A stretch of 64,000 nucleotides of DNA, taken from IMG/VR virus record IMGVR_UViG_3300046817_000863, positions 242-64,241 of that record. One strand, 5' to 3'. The first letter of the stretch is position 1. Every line of letters starts with the position of its first letter. The DNA comes from a virus (lineage: Duplodnaviria > Caudoviricetes). The position numbers were made by a program, and so were the translations under genes. The notes beneath the pieces were generated by a model. It searched no databases. It was not told the origin of the DNA and saw nothing but the letters and a program-made list of their open reading frames with translations. Shown here one piece after another: positions 1 to 9,607 of this stretch.

Positions 1-594
1 GCCGGTTCCGTACTGAACACCATCCCGGTAAAAATAGACAATATTCGCAACCTTGGTGAAGGCGTATGTGTGGAAATTCCCGTCAAGGAGAAAGAACCCA
101 GTGTCTCCTGGGTGGTATTCCAGGAAGGTAGGGAAGGACGACATCATCGCCGCTGGCGCTGTCGTGTTGGAATGCCTCCGCAGTGCTAATGAGTACGATG
201 GGCTCGCCAGTGTCGAGTTCTGCGGGATACCGGCAATAGTGGCGTAATCATCGTTCCACCCGGTGATTTTCGCGCGCACAAATATAGTCCAGTTGTGCGC
301 TGCCGAGCCGTATATACCGGGGACCGGGAGAGGCCAGTACGCTCCATCTGAAGCGCCGGAAGTGACGAGTGCAGAGCCACCGGCTGGACCAGCTCCAGCA
401 GTCAATGCGGCCGAACCCATCAGGGTTCCATCGTTCCCGTTGACGATGTTTTTAAATGTCGTGGTTCCCGGCATCACCAGCAACTTCAGGCTGTTGGCAA
501 TGGGATTCGCGGAGTTAACGACCAGATTACTGGACGGCGGATCAGCCAGAGCACTAAACGCCAGGCACACCACGAGTGATAGTATTCTTTTCAT
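1..594 (-). CDS. Secreted LamG/concanavalin-like protein, N-terminal part (runs off left edge); absent from ORF track
   Basis: ATG at 594 after AAGGA; MKRILSLVVCLAFSALAD signal peptide; open to base 1; LamG-like WTIFVRAK...FHTYAFTK...VYFYRDGVQ. Confidence 0.75.
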   Translation of the reverse strand, partial: MKRILSLVVCLAFSALADPPSSNLVVNSANPIANSLKLLVMPGTTTFKNIVNGNDGTLMGSAALTAGAGPAGGSALVTSGASDGAYWPLPVPGIYGSAAHNWTIFVRAKITGWNDDYATIAGIPQNSTLASPSYSLALRRHSNTTAPAAMMSSFPTFLEYHPGDTGFFLLDGNFHTYAFTKVANIVYFYRDGVQYGTG

Positions 595-615
595 TCTTTT
601 CCTTCTTTGGGGTGC

Positions 616-2691
616 TTACTCGATACCGCGGGCGTTCAGAGAAGCCTTCACCTTCAGCGCGAAGCGATAGCTTCCAACGCTGGTAAGGTGCGATATGTTG
701 TCGAGGAACGAAAGCGTTGGTGCCGAGACTCCAGCACACGGAGGCTCATTGACCGCCCCGCCCACCGATGCACAATGATCGGATCCAAGTGCAGTGTCCG
801 AATCCGTGTCGACAAGACTAACTGCGGTTGCACCCGGCCATCCGGGGCCAGGCAACTCATCCCCACCGGTCCTGTGTGCGTTAACCTGCCGATAATTAGC
901 CCTTATCCATGAGTTGAAGGTCACGCGATCGGCATTCTTCGCATCAGGAGGGGTCCCCCCTGATGTAGTCGGAAGAGATGCACCGATAGGAGTGCAGGTA
1001 GTCCAGAACACATCCCATCCGGCAATCTGATGCGACAGAGCCCACAGCATTTGAGTCAGCTCCATCTGGTCCGGAGTGCGGCTGCCGCCAATGGCATTGA
1101 TACACTCGCCGCCGATGATGATCTTGCGGCCGTAGATCCCGGAATCGGTAAGAGCGTACTTCGCAAACTGATCGGAGCCTTCGAACTTGCGGTAGTTTTG
1201 CTCTACCCCTGCACGCGACATCACCTGATCGTCAAAGAAACTGATCGCTCCATTCACATACGTGGCCGGGGTCTTCAGGATCCCGCGAAGCTGGGCAAGC
1301 CAAGCCGTCTGTACATACGCCCCGGTGCCGTGAGTAACGCCTGTGCCTGAACACACGCCGCCAACACACCCACGCTGCACAGTGCAGGACGTCGCGCTGG
1401 TTGCCGTGGTGCAAGACGTGATCCTGACTACCTCATTCCTGTCGATGCGGACAAACCCGCCAGTCGCGCCGCCAGGGAATCCCGCATCATAGGAAATCAC
1501 ATTGTTGGCATTGAAATGGATGTTTGTATCAACCCCGTCTATTGGCGCTGACAGCGTAGTGCCGTTCGGGCTGTTAAACCCAGTACATTGGTTAGCGCCG
1601 GGGCCGATATCGCTGAAACATTCATCGTTCACGGAATCACCGACGGCCACGACCAAGGTAGGCTTCTGCCGTGCATACTTCCTTTGCCGATACTTCAGCG
1701 CATATGTAGCCTGCAGGATTTCATTCTTCGTCAGGACCACCGAATGAAACGACATCCACTGTACGGTTTTGTTCATTGGCTGGTTGAAGTTGAAATTCGG
1801 GCTGTTGTTGGTGTTATCTCTCCCGATGTACCCAATGCTTCCGGGGAACAGCCGCGGCATATTGTTTAACTGAAGATTAGGGGCGGCAAGCACCCCTGCC
1901 GATATGGGAAGGAGTGCGACCGAACTGCCGAAATACACTACTTCCTGCCCATCGCAATACATCCGCAGTCCATCTGAAGCTCGCGTCAGTACGATCACGC
2001 GGTCATCACCCTGGCAGTAGATGTGCTTGATTGGCGCACCATGGTCACTCCAGTAGTGAAGGTAATCGAGAACCCCCGAGGTGACTCCCCATAGAGACTG
2101 TTTCCCAAGCTGCGCAGCAGAGAACCCACCATAACCGGGGGCATAGAAACCGATCGGATCATCGTTCTGGTTACCACCCATCAGCGGATGCTCAAACCCA
2201 CCACCCATCTCGGTAGTGCCGTCACTGTCGTCGGCAAGAGCTTTAGTGATGAATATAGCCGTCATCACTTGCTGGCTGCATGCACTCGGCAGCACGATGT
2301 GATCGTTCTGCGGGTCAGACTCAGTGCGGGTCGCGTTGAACGTTCCTCCGAGGTGGAAACCAACATCATTTAGAGCACGCCCTGTTCGCAGTGGCCTCCC
2401 CGCCAGATTGAACGGAGCAGGGTTCCACGCGAAAGGAATCGTCCCGCTGGAGTTGAATATGGTCAGGTTGCCGCACCGCGGGATGCTTACCCCCTGATTC
2501 CTGTACCCAAGGAGAGGGGACCAGTCCCCGATGACAGTGCCGCTGCCTTCATTCGCGGGGTACGCCCCGATGAGCCCGCGAGAAGGATAGACGAAGCGCG
2601 AGTTGAGCACTCCACGCTTCGGTGCGGAATCAAGCGCAACCGCAACGCGAGGGGCCAGGAGAGACAGCAGTACGATTAGTGTCTTCATCAT
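616..2691 (-). CDS. Secreted LamG-like plus SGNH/GDSL hydrolase protein (putative adhesin/esterase)
   Basis: Signal peptide MKTLIVLLSLLAPRVAVA; VAVGDSV block I; FNSWIRANY; C-terminal DNISHL; many Cys. Confidence 0.65.
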   Translation of the reverse strand: MMKTLIVLLSLLAPRVAVALDSAPKRGVLNSRFVYPSRGLIGAYPANEGSGTVIGDWSPLLGYRNQGVSIPRCGNLTIFNSSGTIPFAWNPAPFNLAGRPLRTGRALNDVGFHLGGTFNATRTESDPQNDHIVLPSACSQQVMTAIFITKALADDSDGTTEMGGGFEHPLMGGNQNDDPIGFYAPGYGGFSAAQLGKQSLWGVTSGVLDYLHYWSDHGAPIKHIYCQGDDRVIVLTRASDGLRMYCDGQEVVYFGSSVALLPISAGVLAAPNLQLNNMPRLFPGSIGYIGRDNTNNSPNFNFNQPMNKTVQWMSFHSVVLTKNEILQATYALKYRQRKYARQKPTLVVAVGDSVNDECFSDIGPGANQCTGFNSPNGTTLSAPIDGVDTNIHFNANNVISYDAGFPGGATGGFVRIDRNEVVRITSCTTATSATSCTVQRGCVGGVCSGTGVTHGTGAYVQTAWLAQLRGILKTPATYVNGAISFFDDQVMSRAGVEQNYRKFEGSDQFAKYALTDSGIYGRKIIIGGECINAIGGSRTPDQMELTQMLWALSHQIAGWDVFWTTCTPIGASLPTTSGGTPPDAKNADRVTFNSWIRANYRQVNAHRTGGDELPGPGWPGATAVSLVDTDSDTALGSDHCASVGGAVNEPPCAGVSAPTLSFLDNISHLTSVGSYRFALKVKASLNARGIE

Positions 2692-2692
2692 T

Positions 2693-4486
2693 TCAAAGCA
2701 CCGTAGGGGCCGCGACTTTCGTCAATTCCTGATACAGGATGCAGGCGTCTACCTGCCCTGCAGTCAGCCCTGACAGCGCGGCATCGGCAGTGAATATCAG
2801 CAGCACTGGGCTACTTGCAACGGTGCTCGCACCAAGTCCAGTTTCAGCCTGAACATAGTCAGGCGCGACGGTTAACCCAAGCGCATACACGTTGGAATAG
2901 GCAGTATCAGAGACGGCGTTCCCCATGCTTACTCCGGGGTTAGCGACACCGGCAAACGCAGTATTTGATTTGATCCACGATCCGATCACCACCGTGTTAG
3001 CTGGCAGCGTGAGCCCCGTTGGCACAGAAACGCGAGTGGTGCCGGGTACAAGCAACGCCTGGTTGTAGTTCACCCGATAGCATTCCTGCGACACACCGGA
3101 GCCCGTTGTTGTCCCGCCACCAGTGATATTCACTGTCGTAATGCGGCCATCGGAGGTGACTCCCTGCCCCGGGAACACATACTTCATTGGCTGAATATAG
3201 TGCGGGTCAACGAGACTAACTGATGTCACGCCGGTTCCCGACACGACCGCGGTAGCGATGAGCAGCCTGTCTGCCTGGCACTGCGTTGCGCCGGGAATCA
3301 GGGTCAGCCCGCTTGAAGTCGTGATCGTTGTCCCGCTGTAGGACAACTCCATCGTTGGGCCATATTTGCAGAAGTATGCGGTATATGAGCCACCGGCCGC
3401 GGTGAATGAACCGTTATACCCTGCCCATGTATCGGGCGCATCGCCCTGCTGCCCAGAGCAATTACTCCCAGCGGGGCAGTGGAGAGAAGCCGTGGTAGCG
3501 GTTCGGTCTATGGTGAAGCTATTGGCTGCTCCGCTCCCTCCACCACTGCCGACCGGGACGCAGCCTGTCGCGTCTCCATTGGCGAGAATACCCGTTCCCG
3601 ATTGACCTATCGGGCATTGCACCGGAGTGCCGGCGAGCGCCGTAGCCAGCGCTGCCTGCCCCGTGGTGCTCGAATTAATAGTGCCTGGCAGATCAGCAGC
3701 CACGATCGCACGCAAGCTCATCGCGCCGCTGATCCCGTTGGGGGTCGCCATGACCCTGTTCGCGGGCTGTCCCCCAGCCGAAATGATCGTAAACGTTCCC
3801 GCACTCGTGATCGGTCCTCCCGATACGGCCAGATACGAAGGCACCGACATGTCGACGCTCGTCACGCTGCCTCCACCGCCTCCACCAGGTCCGGGAGGGC
3901 CTTGCGGTCCAGTCGGCCCGGTGGGTCCAGCCGGTCCCGGGACAGTGCTGGCAGCGCCAGCGGGCCCCGTCGGTCCAGCCGGTCCAGTGGTGCCTGTAGC
4001 GCCAGTAGGGCCTGTCGGTCCCGGAGGGCCTGATGCTCCAGCAACACCCGCGGGGCCAGCGGCTCCTGCAGGTCCAGCGGGGCCTGTGGCGCCACTCGCA
4101 CCAGTGCTCCCAGCCGGCCCGGGGCTCCCAGCTGGGCCTCCCGGCCCAACACCGCCAGGTCCGTTTGCGATACACGTAACGTTGGCCGTGCTCGCGAAGT
4201 TGGCAGTGACAGCGGCAAGCGTCTTGCCGGTCAATTGCGTGATAGTAATGGGGGTCTGCGTAGCAGGTGCAGCCCCGGTATAGCAGGCAACGCTCACGTC
4301 GATCAGGTTCCAGTTATGCGTGATCGTCAAGCTGGTAACCGCTGGGCCACTGGTAGCCGATGCAGGCGGCAATGATCCAAAACTACTGCCGCCGCCACCG
4401 GTGCCGCCGCCCCCGCCGCCCGCTGGCAACTGAGCAAACGCCTCAAGGCACAGCACGGCCAGGGCGAGCGAAATTCTCGTCTTCAT
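2693..4486 (-). CDS. Collagen-like (G-X-Y) fibre protein with signal peptide
   Basis: Long GPA/GPT run; GGSVTSV linker typical of fibres; [19 protein letters not shown]. Confidence 0.75.
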   Translation of the reverse strand: MKTRISLALAVLCLEAFAQLPAGGGGGGTGGGGSSFGSLPPASATSGPAVTSLTITHNWNLIDVSVACYTGAAPATQTPITITQLTGKTLAAVTANFASTANVTCIANGPGGVGPGGPAGSPGPAGSTGASGATGPAGPAGAAGPAGVAGASGPPGPTGPTGATGTTGPAGPTGPAGAASTVPGPAGPTGPTGPQGPPGPGGGGGGSVTSVDMSVPSYLAVSGGPITSAGTFTIISAGGQPANRVMATPNGISGAMSLRAIVAADLPGTINSSTTGQAALATALAGTPVQCPIGQSGTGILANGDATGCVPVGSGGGSGAANSFTIDRTATTASLHCPAGSNCSGQQGDAPDTWAGYNGSFTAAGGSYTAYFCKYGPTMELSYSGTTITTSSGLTLIPGATQCQADRLLIATAVVSGTGVTSVSLVDPHYIQPMKYVFPGQGVTSDGRITTVNITGGGTTTGSGVSQECYRVNYNQALLVPGTTRVSVPTGLTLPANTVVIGSWIKSNTAFAGVANPGVSMGNAVSDTAYSNVYALGLTVAPDYVQAETGLGASTVASSPVLLIFTADAALSGLTAGQVDACILYQELTKVAAPTVL

Positions 4487-4512
4487 TAGTTCTCCTGTTT
4501 ATGGGGTAGGGA

Positions 4513-4803
4513 TTAGCCTTTGGCGCGTTCTTTGAGGCCCAAAATGGCGTGGAAAGCTATTGGTGCGATGGCGATTGCCAGGCCTACCAGCAGCGTGTTG
4601 TTTCTCTCTCCGATAGTCTCAAGCTTGACCAGTCTCTGATCAGCATGAACAGCCTCTAACTGCTCCAGCCGTCGGCCATGATCGGTAATCTCCACTGCCT
4701 GTCTTATATCTGCAGGCAGGTGTAGCTCATTGGCGTGAGCGAATGAAATCAGGAGGCATACACCAAGCGCGACGAGCCCGAGCATTATCGCTGCCCGTCG
4801 CAT
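4513..4803 (-). CDS. Lysis-cassette membrane protein (XhlA-like coiled coil plus TM)
   Basis: Hydrophobic N- and C-termini around a coiled coil; next to holin and endolysin. Confidence 0.45.
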   Translation of the reverse strand: MRRAAIMLGLVALGVCLLISFAHANELHLPADIRQAVEITDHGRRLEQLEAVHADQRLVKLETIGERNNTLLVGLAIAIAPIAFHAILGLKERAKG

Positions 4804-4856
4804 TAATTTAACTGCCGGTGAACTCATTGCAGCCCCATTCTCCGGTTGGCGCTGAG

Positions 4857-5096
4857 CTACTTTGCAGCATCGGACGGTGCCACTGGCGCCAGATCCTTAT
4901 GCGATACGACAGGAGCAGGGGGCGAAATGGGGCTCTTTTTGAGCAACCCGCCGACACCGATGATCGCCCCTGTGATAGCCAGTGGACCAATCTTGTTTTT
5001 ATCGGTGACCGCCTGCGGGTCTGATGCCGCTACCGCTGCCATAGTCACAGCAGCCCCGGTAAACGCGGCTCCGATAATCTGCAAAAATATGTTCAT
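4857..5096 (-). CDS. Putative holin
   Basis: 79 aa, two hydrophobic helices, follows the endolysin. Confidence 0.55.
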   Translation of the reverse strand: MNIFLQIIGAAFTGAAVTMAAVAASDPQAVTDKNKIGPLAITGAIIGVGGLLKKSPISPPAPVVSHKDLAPVAPSDAAK

Positions 5097-5156
5097 TTAT
5101 TTCTTTCTCACTGAAGTCTGTTTGTGGTTCCGCCTCAAAAGGCCAGAGAAAGTGAG

Positions 5157-5534
5157 TCACAGCTTATAGAAAATATGGTTACCGATTATTGCGGTAATCT
5201 TGTTCGGATCGGCCCAGTATGGCTGAACTGCGTCCGTATGATAGTGGTTCGCTCCAGCGGTCGGATCATTGCCTGGATCGCGTGCCATCTTCAAAATCGT
5301 TTCCCACGGCTCCGAACCGCGTACCGGCCACTTCGCGGCGCATGGGTCGCCTGCGTTGTAACAGGAGAACTGCTGCGGTTGTACGCACACCTCGTAGGAT
5401 GTATCGGGCCAGCGGCTGTCGGCCGTTCGATTCAGCAGTACATGGATTACGGCGCGCTGCCCTTCGGTGGGTTCGCCCTGTGCTTCTCTCCATGCCGTGA
5501 GCGCGGTAAACACCAGATCAAGTTCATCTGACAT
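5157..5534 (-). CDS. Endolysin, SleB/Hydrolase_2 cell-wall hydrolase
   Basis: WREAQGEP..GQRAVIHVLLNR, QQFSCYN, DPTAGANHYH, IGNHIFY motifs. Confidence 0.9.
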   Translation of the reverse strand: MSDELDLVFTALTAWREAQGEPTEGQRAVIHVLLNRTADSRWPDTSYEVCVQPQQFSCYNAGDPCAAKWPVRGSEPWETILKMARDPGNDPTAGANHYHTDAVQPYWADPNKITAIIGNHIFYKL

Positions 5535-5554
5535 CTGACTGTCCCCCTTTTGGA

Positions 5555-6073
5555 TTAAAGCTGCTCGTAAAACGTAATGTAAATGCTGTAATTGCCGGTC
5601 ACGGTGGTGGAGAACGAAACTCGCAACGTTCTCCCGGTAATTGGGCCGGATGCGAATTCATCGTCTGAGGCATCGAACCCATAATCAGCACCTGTCCCTA
5701 TCACGAAAGACTTTGTGTTTGTCGGAGATGCTGACGTTGCGCCGGAAAGCACGGTTGCCTTGGTCGCATAGGTGGTGTTCCTGCCACGAACCACAGCAGC
5801 CGTTCCGCCGGCTGGGGTTGCGCCTCCCCACTCGAAAACAACGTTTGCGGCCGTTGGCGTATTGACCAGAATCCGATCAAACCTGATAGGGGTCGCGGTT
5901 ACGGTCGATGGCACATGCACAACGCAACTCGGGACGGTCCCGGAGGCGGTGCCAATGCAGGCGGCCTCGTATTTGCGCTTCGTATCCCTCTCGGGCTTGA
6001 CGATGGTCTGTGCATGGCAAAACAGCGCAACAAGGCATACCGCAGCCATTGCGCGGGAAATCGCACGGTACAT
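5555..6073 (-). CDS. Secreted beta-rich protein of unknown function
   Basis: AGGAG SD before ATG 6073; AAVCLVALFCHAQ signal peptide. Confidence 0.6.
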   Translation of the reverse strand: MYRAISRAMAAVCLVALFCHAQTIVKPERDTKRKYEAACIGTASGTVPSCVVHVPSTVTATPIRFDRILVNTPTAANVVFEWGGATPAGGTAAVVRGRNTTYATKATVLSGATSASPTNTKSFVIGTGADYGFDASDDEFASGPITGRTLRVSFSTTVTGNYSIYITFYEQL

Positions 6074-6095
6074 TTGGGTTTCTCCTGAGGGTTGT

Positions 6096-7994
6096 TTATT
6101 GCTTGCGAGGTTTCGCCAGGAACTCATCCGGCAAATCGTCGGGTCCGCTCGATGCGAGTCTGGCTCGATCTATTAAAAAGTCATCCGGTAAATCGTCGGG
6201 CCGTTGTAATTTCGGAGGTTGCGTCAGTTTCTGCGCTGCGTACGTGCGGCCGATTGCGCTGGCAAGCGGGCTGAGCAATTTCGGCGGTTCCTTTACTGCC
6301 TCTCCCATGACTGCGCGAGACATCGGCCCAGTCCATGCCTTAGCTGCCAGCCTCGGGATAACGACCCCCGCAGCCATGCCTCCCGCCGCATCCCTCAGTT
6401 TTTCGGCCGGGTCATCTCCGGTTGCCGCACCAATGATTGCTCCGGGAACCATGCCGCCGTACTTCAGCAGATTGCTGTAGCGTGCGGTTTCTGAGGTGTT
6501 GGTCAGGCTCGTCGGGCGAGTGATGGCCTTGCCGAGCTCTGAGGCGTCCCGTAACTGCTGATATGGACCCTCACCGAACAACGCATTGTAGGCATCCTTG
6601 TTGACGTCCAGCGCCTTTTCCATCCGGCGTGGGTTGATGAATCGTTCGTCCCCGATGAATCGATTCTGGGTGAGACTATCATCGAGCATCGTGTCTGCGA
6701 CATTACGCCGTAGCTTCGGCATCACCTGGTTGTCGGCAGCCTCATACATCGGGGAAACTGCACGTTCGGTGTTCGCGATAGCCGTTGGATGTTGCGCAAG
6801 TTGCGCCGGCAGCGCCTCAGGCTTCCCTGCGCTCTCTGCCCGCTCGATCATGCTCGTTACAGGGTTCCCGGTCTTCCCCCCGTTGTATAGCTTCGATGAG
6901 GCATCGGCATACTCGCTATTCACCGCTCTCCAGTCTCCCAGTGCCTGCCGTGCAGCCGGGTCGGTGCTGTTTGTAAGCGAATCCTCGATGGAAGCGTCAA
7001 CGGCCTTCCGGAGAGCAGGGATCGCACGGCGCTGGACTGCAGCGTCTCCCGTCTTCATGGCTCGCTCTGCTTCAAGCAGCCCAGTGCGTAGATGCTGCGC
7101 TTCCTCAAAGGTCATCTGAGGCAGACCGCTGTCAACGAGACTATTTGGCCTGACTAGCTGCCCGTCTGCCATACCTGCAACGGACTTGAGTTTCCGCATC
7201 ACCCCACTGGGGAAATAGCTTTCCATCCCCTGTGGGAGTTCGCTGAGAAATGATCTGGCGTCGTCCCGCGCGATTGAGAAATCGATTGGTACGTTACCGG
7301 CGCGCGAGTTTATCCCGGCATACTGTGGCCTGAAATTCGAGGCGCTTGCGCCCCGGTTAGCCGCGAGCTGGTCAACGGCAGCATTCCCCGCTTCGGTTGC
7401 GGGAACCGGCTGGGGGTGAAACTGTGCTGGTATCTGACGAGTGTTTCCCTCCCACTTCTGAACCGCCTGCATCGTCTTGCTGCGGATCGGGCCAGTTCCG
7501 CCGATGGTCTTCTCCAGACCGCTTTCGATTATTGGCGCAAGCGGCCTGCCCCCTTCGGCCTTGGCGGATGCCGCCATGCCCGGGGTTAACTGAATGCCTG
7601 CCTGACGCGCGAGATTTACCACTTCAGGATCGGCATGAACCGCGCTCCTGATGGCGCGTGCTGTCAGATTCTTGGTTCCGCGATAGAGTGGCGCAACAGC
7701 GCGACCTGCACCCTCCCCAACGGCATTACCCAAAAACGTCATGCCTACGTCTTTGGCCGTCTCCTCCGGGGTCATCTGAATTGTCTTCAGCCCCAGAGCC
7801 TTCCCCAGCAGGTGCGCAGCGCTGTTCCCCGCTGTGGCGCCAGCCCCAGCCCCGAGAATCGCCAGCGGCGTAGGTCCACCCGCAGCGGCACCGGCAGTTC
7901 CGCCGATAACCTCCCCGAGCATGTTAAGCGCATCCTGTTTTTCGGCATCGGACATCGATGACCAATGCGCTTTGAGATCGTCAATTATCGACAT
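6096..7994 (-). CDS. Putative DNA ejection/internal virion protein
   Basis: Ala/Gly-rich helical protein with GGTAGAAAGG membrane-type segments; last of three coupled large ORFs after the tail genes. Confidence 0.55.
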   Translation of the reverse strand: MSIIDDLKAHWSSMSDAEKQDALNMLGEVIGGTAGAAAGGPTPLAILGAGAGATAGNSAAHLLGKALGLKTIQMTPEETAKDVGMTFLGNAVGEGAGRAVAPLYRGTKNLTARAIRSAVHADPEVVNLARQAGIQLTPGMAASAKAEGGRPLAPIIESGLEKTIGGTGPIRSKTMQAVQKWEGNTRQIPAQFHPQPVPATEAGNAAVDQLAANRGASASNFRPQYAGINSRAGNVPIDFSIARDDARSFLSELPQGMESYFPSGVMRKLKSVAGMADGQLVRPNSLVDSGLPQMTFEEAQHLRTGLLEAERAMKTGDAAVQRRAIPALRKAVDASIEDSLTNSTDPAARQALGDWRAVNSEYADASSKLYNGGKTGNPVTSMIERAESAGKPEALPAQLAQHPTAIANTERAVSPMYEAADNQVMPKLRRNVADTMLDDSLTQNRFIGDERFINPRRMEKALDVNKDAYNALFGEGPYQQLRDASELGKAITRPTSLTNTSETARYSNLLKYGGMVPGAIIGAATGDDPAEKLRDAAGGMAAGVVIPRLAAKAWTGPMSRAVMGEAVKEPPKLLSPLASAIGRTYAAQKLTQPPKLQRPDDLPDDFLIDRARLASSGPDDLPDEFLAKPRKQ

Positions 7995-9607
7995 TATTGA
8001 GATACCACCCAGCCAAGGCTTTTCGCTCTGTCAGCGTAATCGACCTTGACCTTTTCCGTCTTTCCTGTCTTTGGATTCTTCATCACAACGAAACTGGTAT
8101 TTCCGCCGCCAGCCGCCGGCCCACTTACGGATACTCCGTATTTGTCGCCTTCCTCAACAGCCGCATTTCGCCCATCGCTGATATTCGCCTCCATTCTCGA
8201 GAGTTTTTCGTAGGCGTTTTTAGGGCTATCCACCCAGACGTTCGGGGTGTGCTCCAACGCTCTGTTGAAAATTGCCTTCGCTCTGCTGGTTCCTTTGAGG
8301 ATTCGCGCAGCGCCAGACACGCCAGCCATGCTCAGGTCTGCGATATCGCCGCCCATAGTCCCCGCTCTGCCGGCTGCGTACGCAACGCGGTCAGGGAGAA
8401 AATAACCGGGGGTGTCGTTATCCTTCAGAGGCTCCAGTTTGGCCTTAAGCCTCTGTATCTGCTTGAGCGTTGGGTCAATCTCAGAGACTACGCGCGCCGC
8501 TGTCGAAGAAAGCGGCCTTGGAGCTTCAACGCCCATCTCGCGCATGACCGAAGTCTTCAGTTCTTTTGGAACCTGCTCGATTTTGGCGCGACCAGCCTTG
8601 ATGTTGTCGGCCCAGATCTTGGCCCCGTCATCCGCACCCGGCGATACGCCACCTCTGCCGCCAGAGTGAGCCATCGATCCCAATACACGGCGAGTCTCGT
8701 TGCTCTGTGAGGCCATCTCGCGCCGGGTCTGGTCGGACATGTCTCCCAGATACTTACGCAGCTCATTCGCCTCGCGAGCGCGACCGTTCGCCTCTGCAAA
8801 GCCAATCAGCTGTGTGACTCGCATGGGGTCGACCTTCTGCCCTGCTTTGAGGCCGAATTGCCCATATTGCTGCTCCATCTCCGGAGTAACCGTCACCCAG
8901 TCGCCCATCTTCGCCGCTTGCTTGTCGGCCGCAATTGCGGCCTGAGTCAGCCGCTTGCGCTGCTTCCCATCGGGCCCCTGAAAGTACTCGTAACGCTGGT
9001 CCGCAACCTCGCCGGGGCCGACAGGGGTAATCCCTCTTTCGAGCATCTGCGCTTCGAGCGAGTTGCCGCGATCCTGCGCCGCGATCTTGCGATCATCCGA
9101 CTGGTTCTCGATGTTCTGGCGGTATGCCTGCTTCTGCAGCCCGTTCAACTCATCCTGCGTATCCTGATGCTGGATCTTCTGGCGATTCATCAGGCCAGCC
9201 TGATCCATCGCATACTGCTCACGCTGAGGAGCATCCTTGTCCAGCGCGGCTCCGATAACCCCGAGCACCCCTCCAGTGCGCAGCGCATTGACGTACCGCG
9301 CAGGTCCGGATAGCGGCGGTGGCCGGCGCGACTGAAGCTGATCGTACGCTTCCAGCGTCTCCGACTTCTTAATCGGCTGCTGAGGTGCCGGCGCGCTCGT
9401 GTCGTACTGGAGTTGCGCGTCGGGTTCCACGGAGGGTCGCAGCAAAGGAGGAGGGGTCTGCTGCATCAGCTTCGGTGTCGGCAGCGGTGGGGGCTGAAAT
9501 TGCCTCGGAGGAGGGGGCAGAGGCCCCCCGCCAGTACCGGAGCCGTCATCGTACATCGACGGGTCGAAAGTAGGCTGAAAGTAAGGATTTCTGGGATAAG
9601 TTGGCAT
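7994..9607 (-). CDS. Putative DNA ejection/internal virion protein
   Basis: Coupled ORF; Pro-rich N-terminus, helical body. Confidence 0.5.
   Translation of the reverse strand: MPTYPRNPYFQPTFDPSMYDDGSGTGGGPLPPPPRQFQPPPLPTPKLMQQTPPPLLRPSVEPDAQLQYDTSAPAPQQPIKKSETLEAYDQLQSRRPPPLSGPARYVNALRTGGVLGVIGAALDKDAPQREQYAMDQAGLMNRQKIQHQDTQDELNGLQKQAYRQNIENQSDDRKIAAQDRGNSLEAQMLERGITPVGPGEVADQRYEYFQGPDGKQRKRLTQAAIAADKQAAKMGDWVTVTPEMEQQYGQFGLKAGQKVDPMRVTQLIGFAEANGRAREANELRKYLGDMSDQTRREMASQSNETRRVLGSMAHSGGRGGVSPGADDGAKIWADNIKAGRAKIEQVPKELKTSVMREMGVEAPRPLSSTAARVVSEIDPTLKQIQRLKAKLEPLKDNDTPGYFLPDRVAYAAGRAGTMGGDIADLSMAGVSGAARILKGTSRAKAIFNRALEHTPNVWVDSPKNAYEKLSRMEANISDGRNAAVEEGDKYGVSVSGPAAGGGNTSFVVMKNPKTGKTEKVKVDYADRAKSLGWVVSQ

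Noticed and set aside
3627-4283. Plus-strand Pro/Gly ORFs and other long antisense ORFs (e.g. 28404-29405, 30338-31033, 48260-49072)
   Set aside because: Shadow frames of GC-rich genes that are clearly identified on the minus strand
6120-6205. Direct DNA repeat as a DGR template/variable pair
   Set aside because: It encodes a PDDLPD[DE]F peptide repeat, and no reverse transcriptase is in the window
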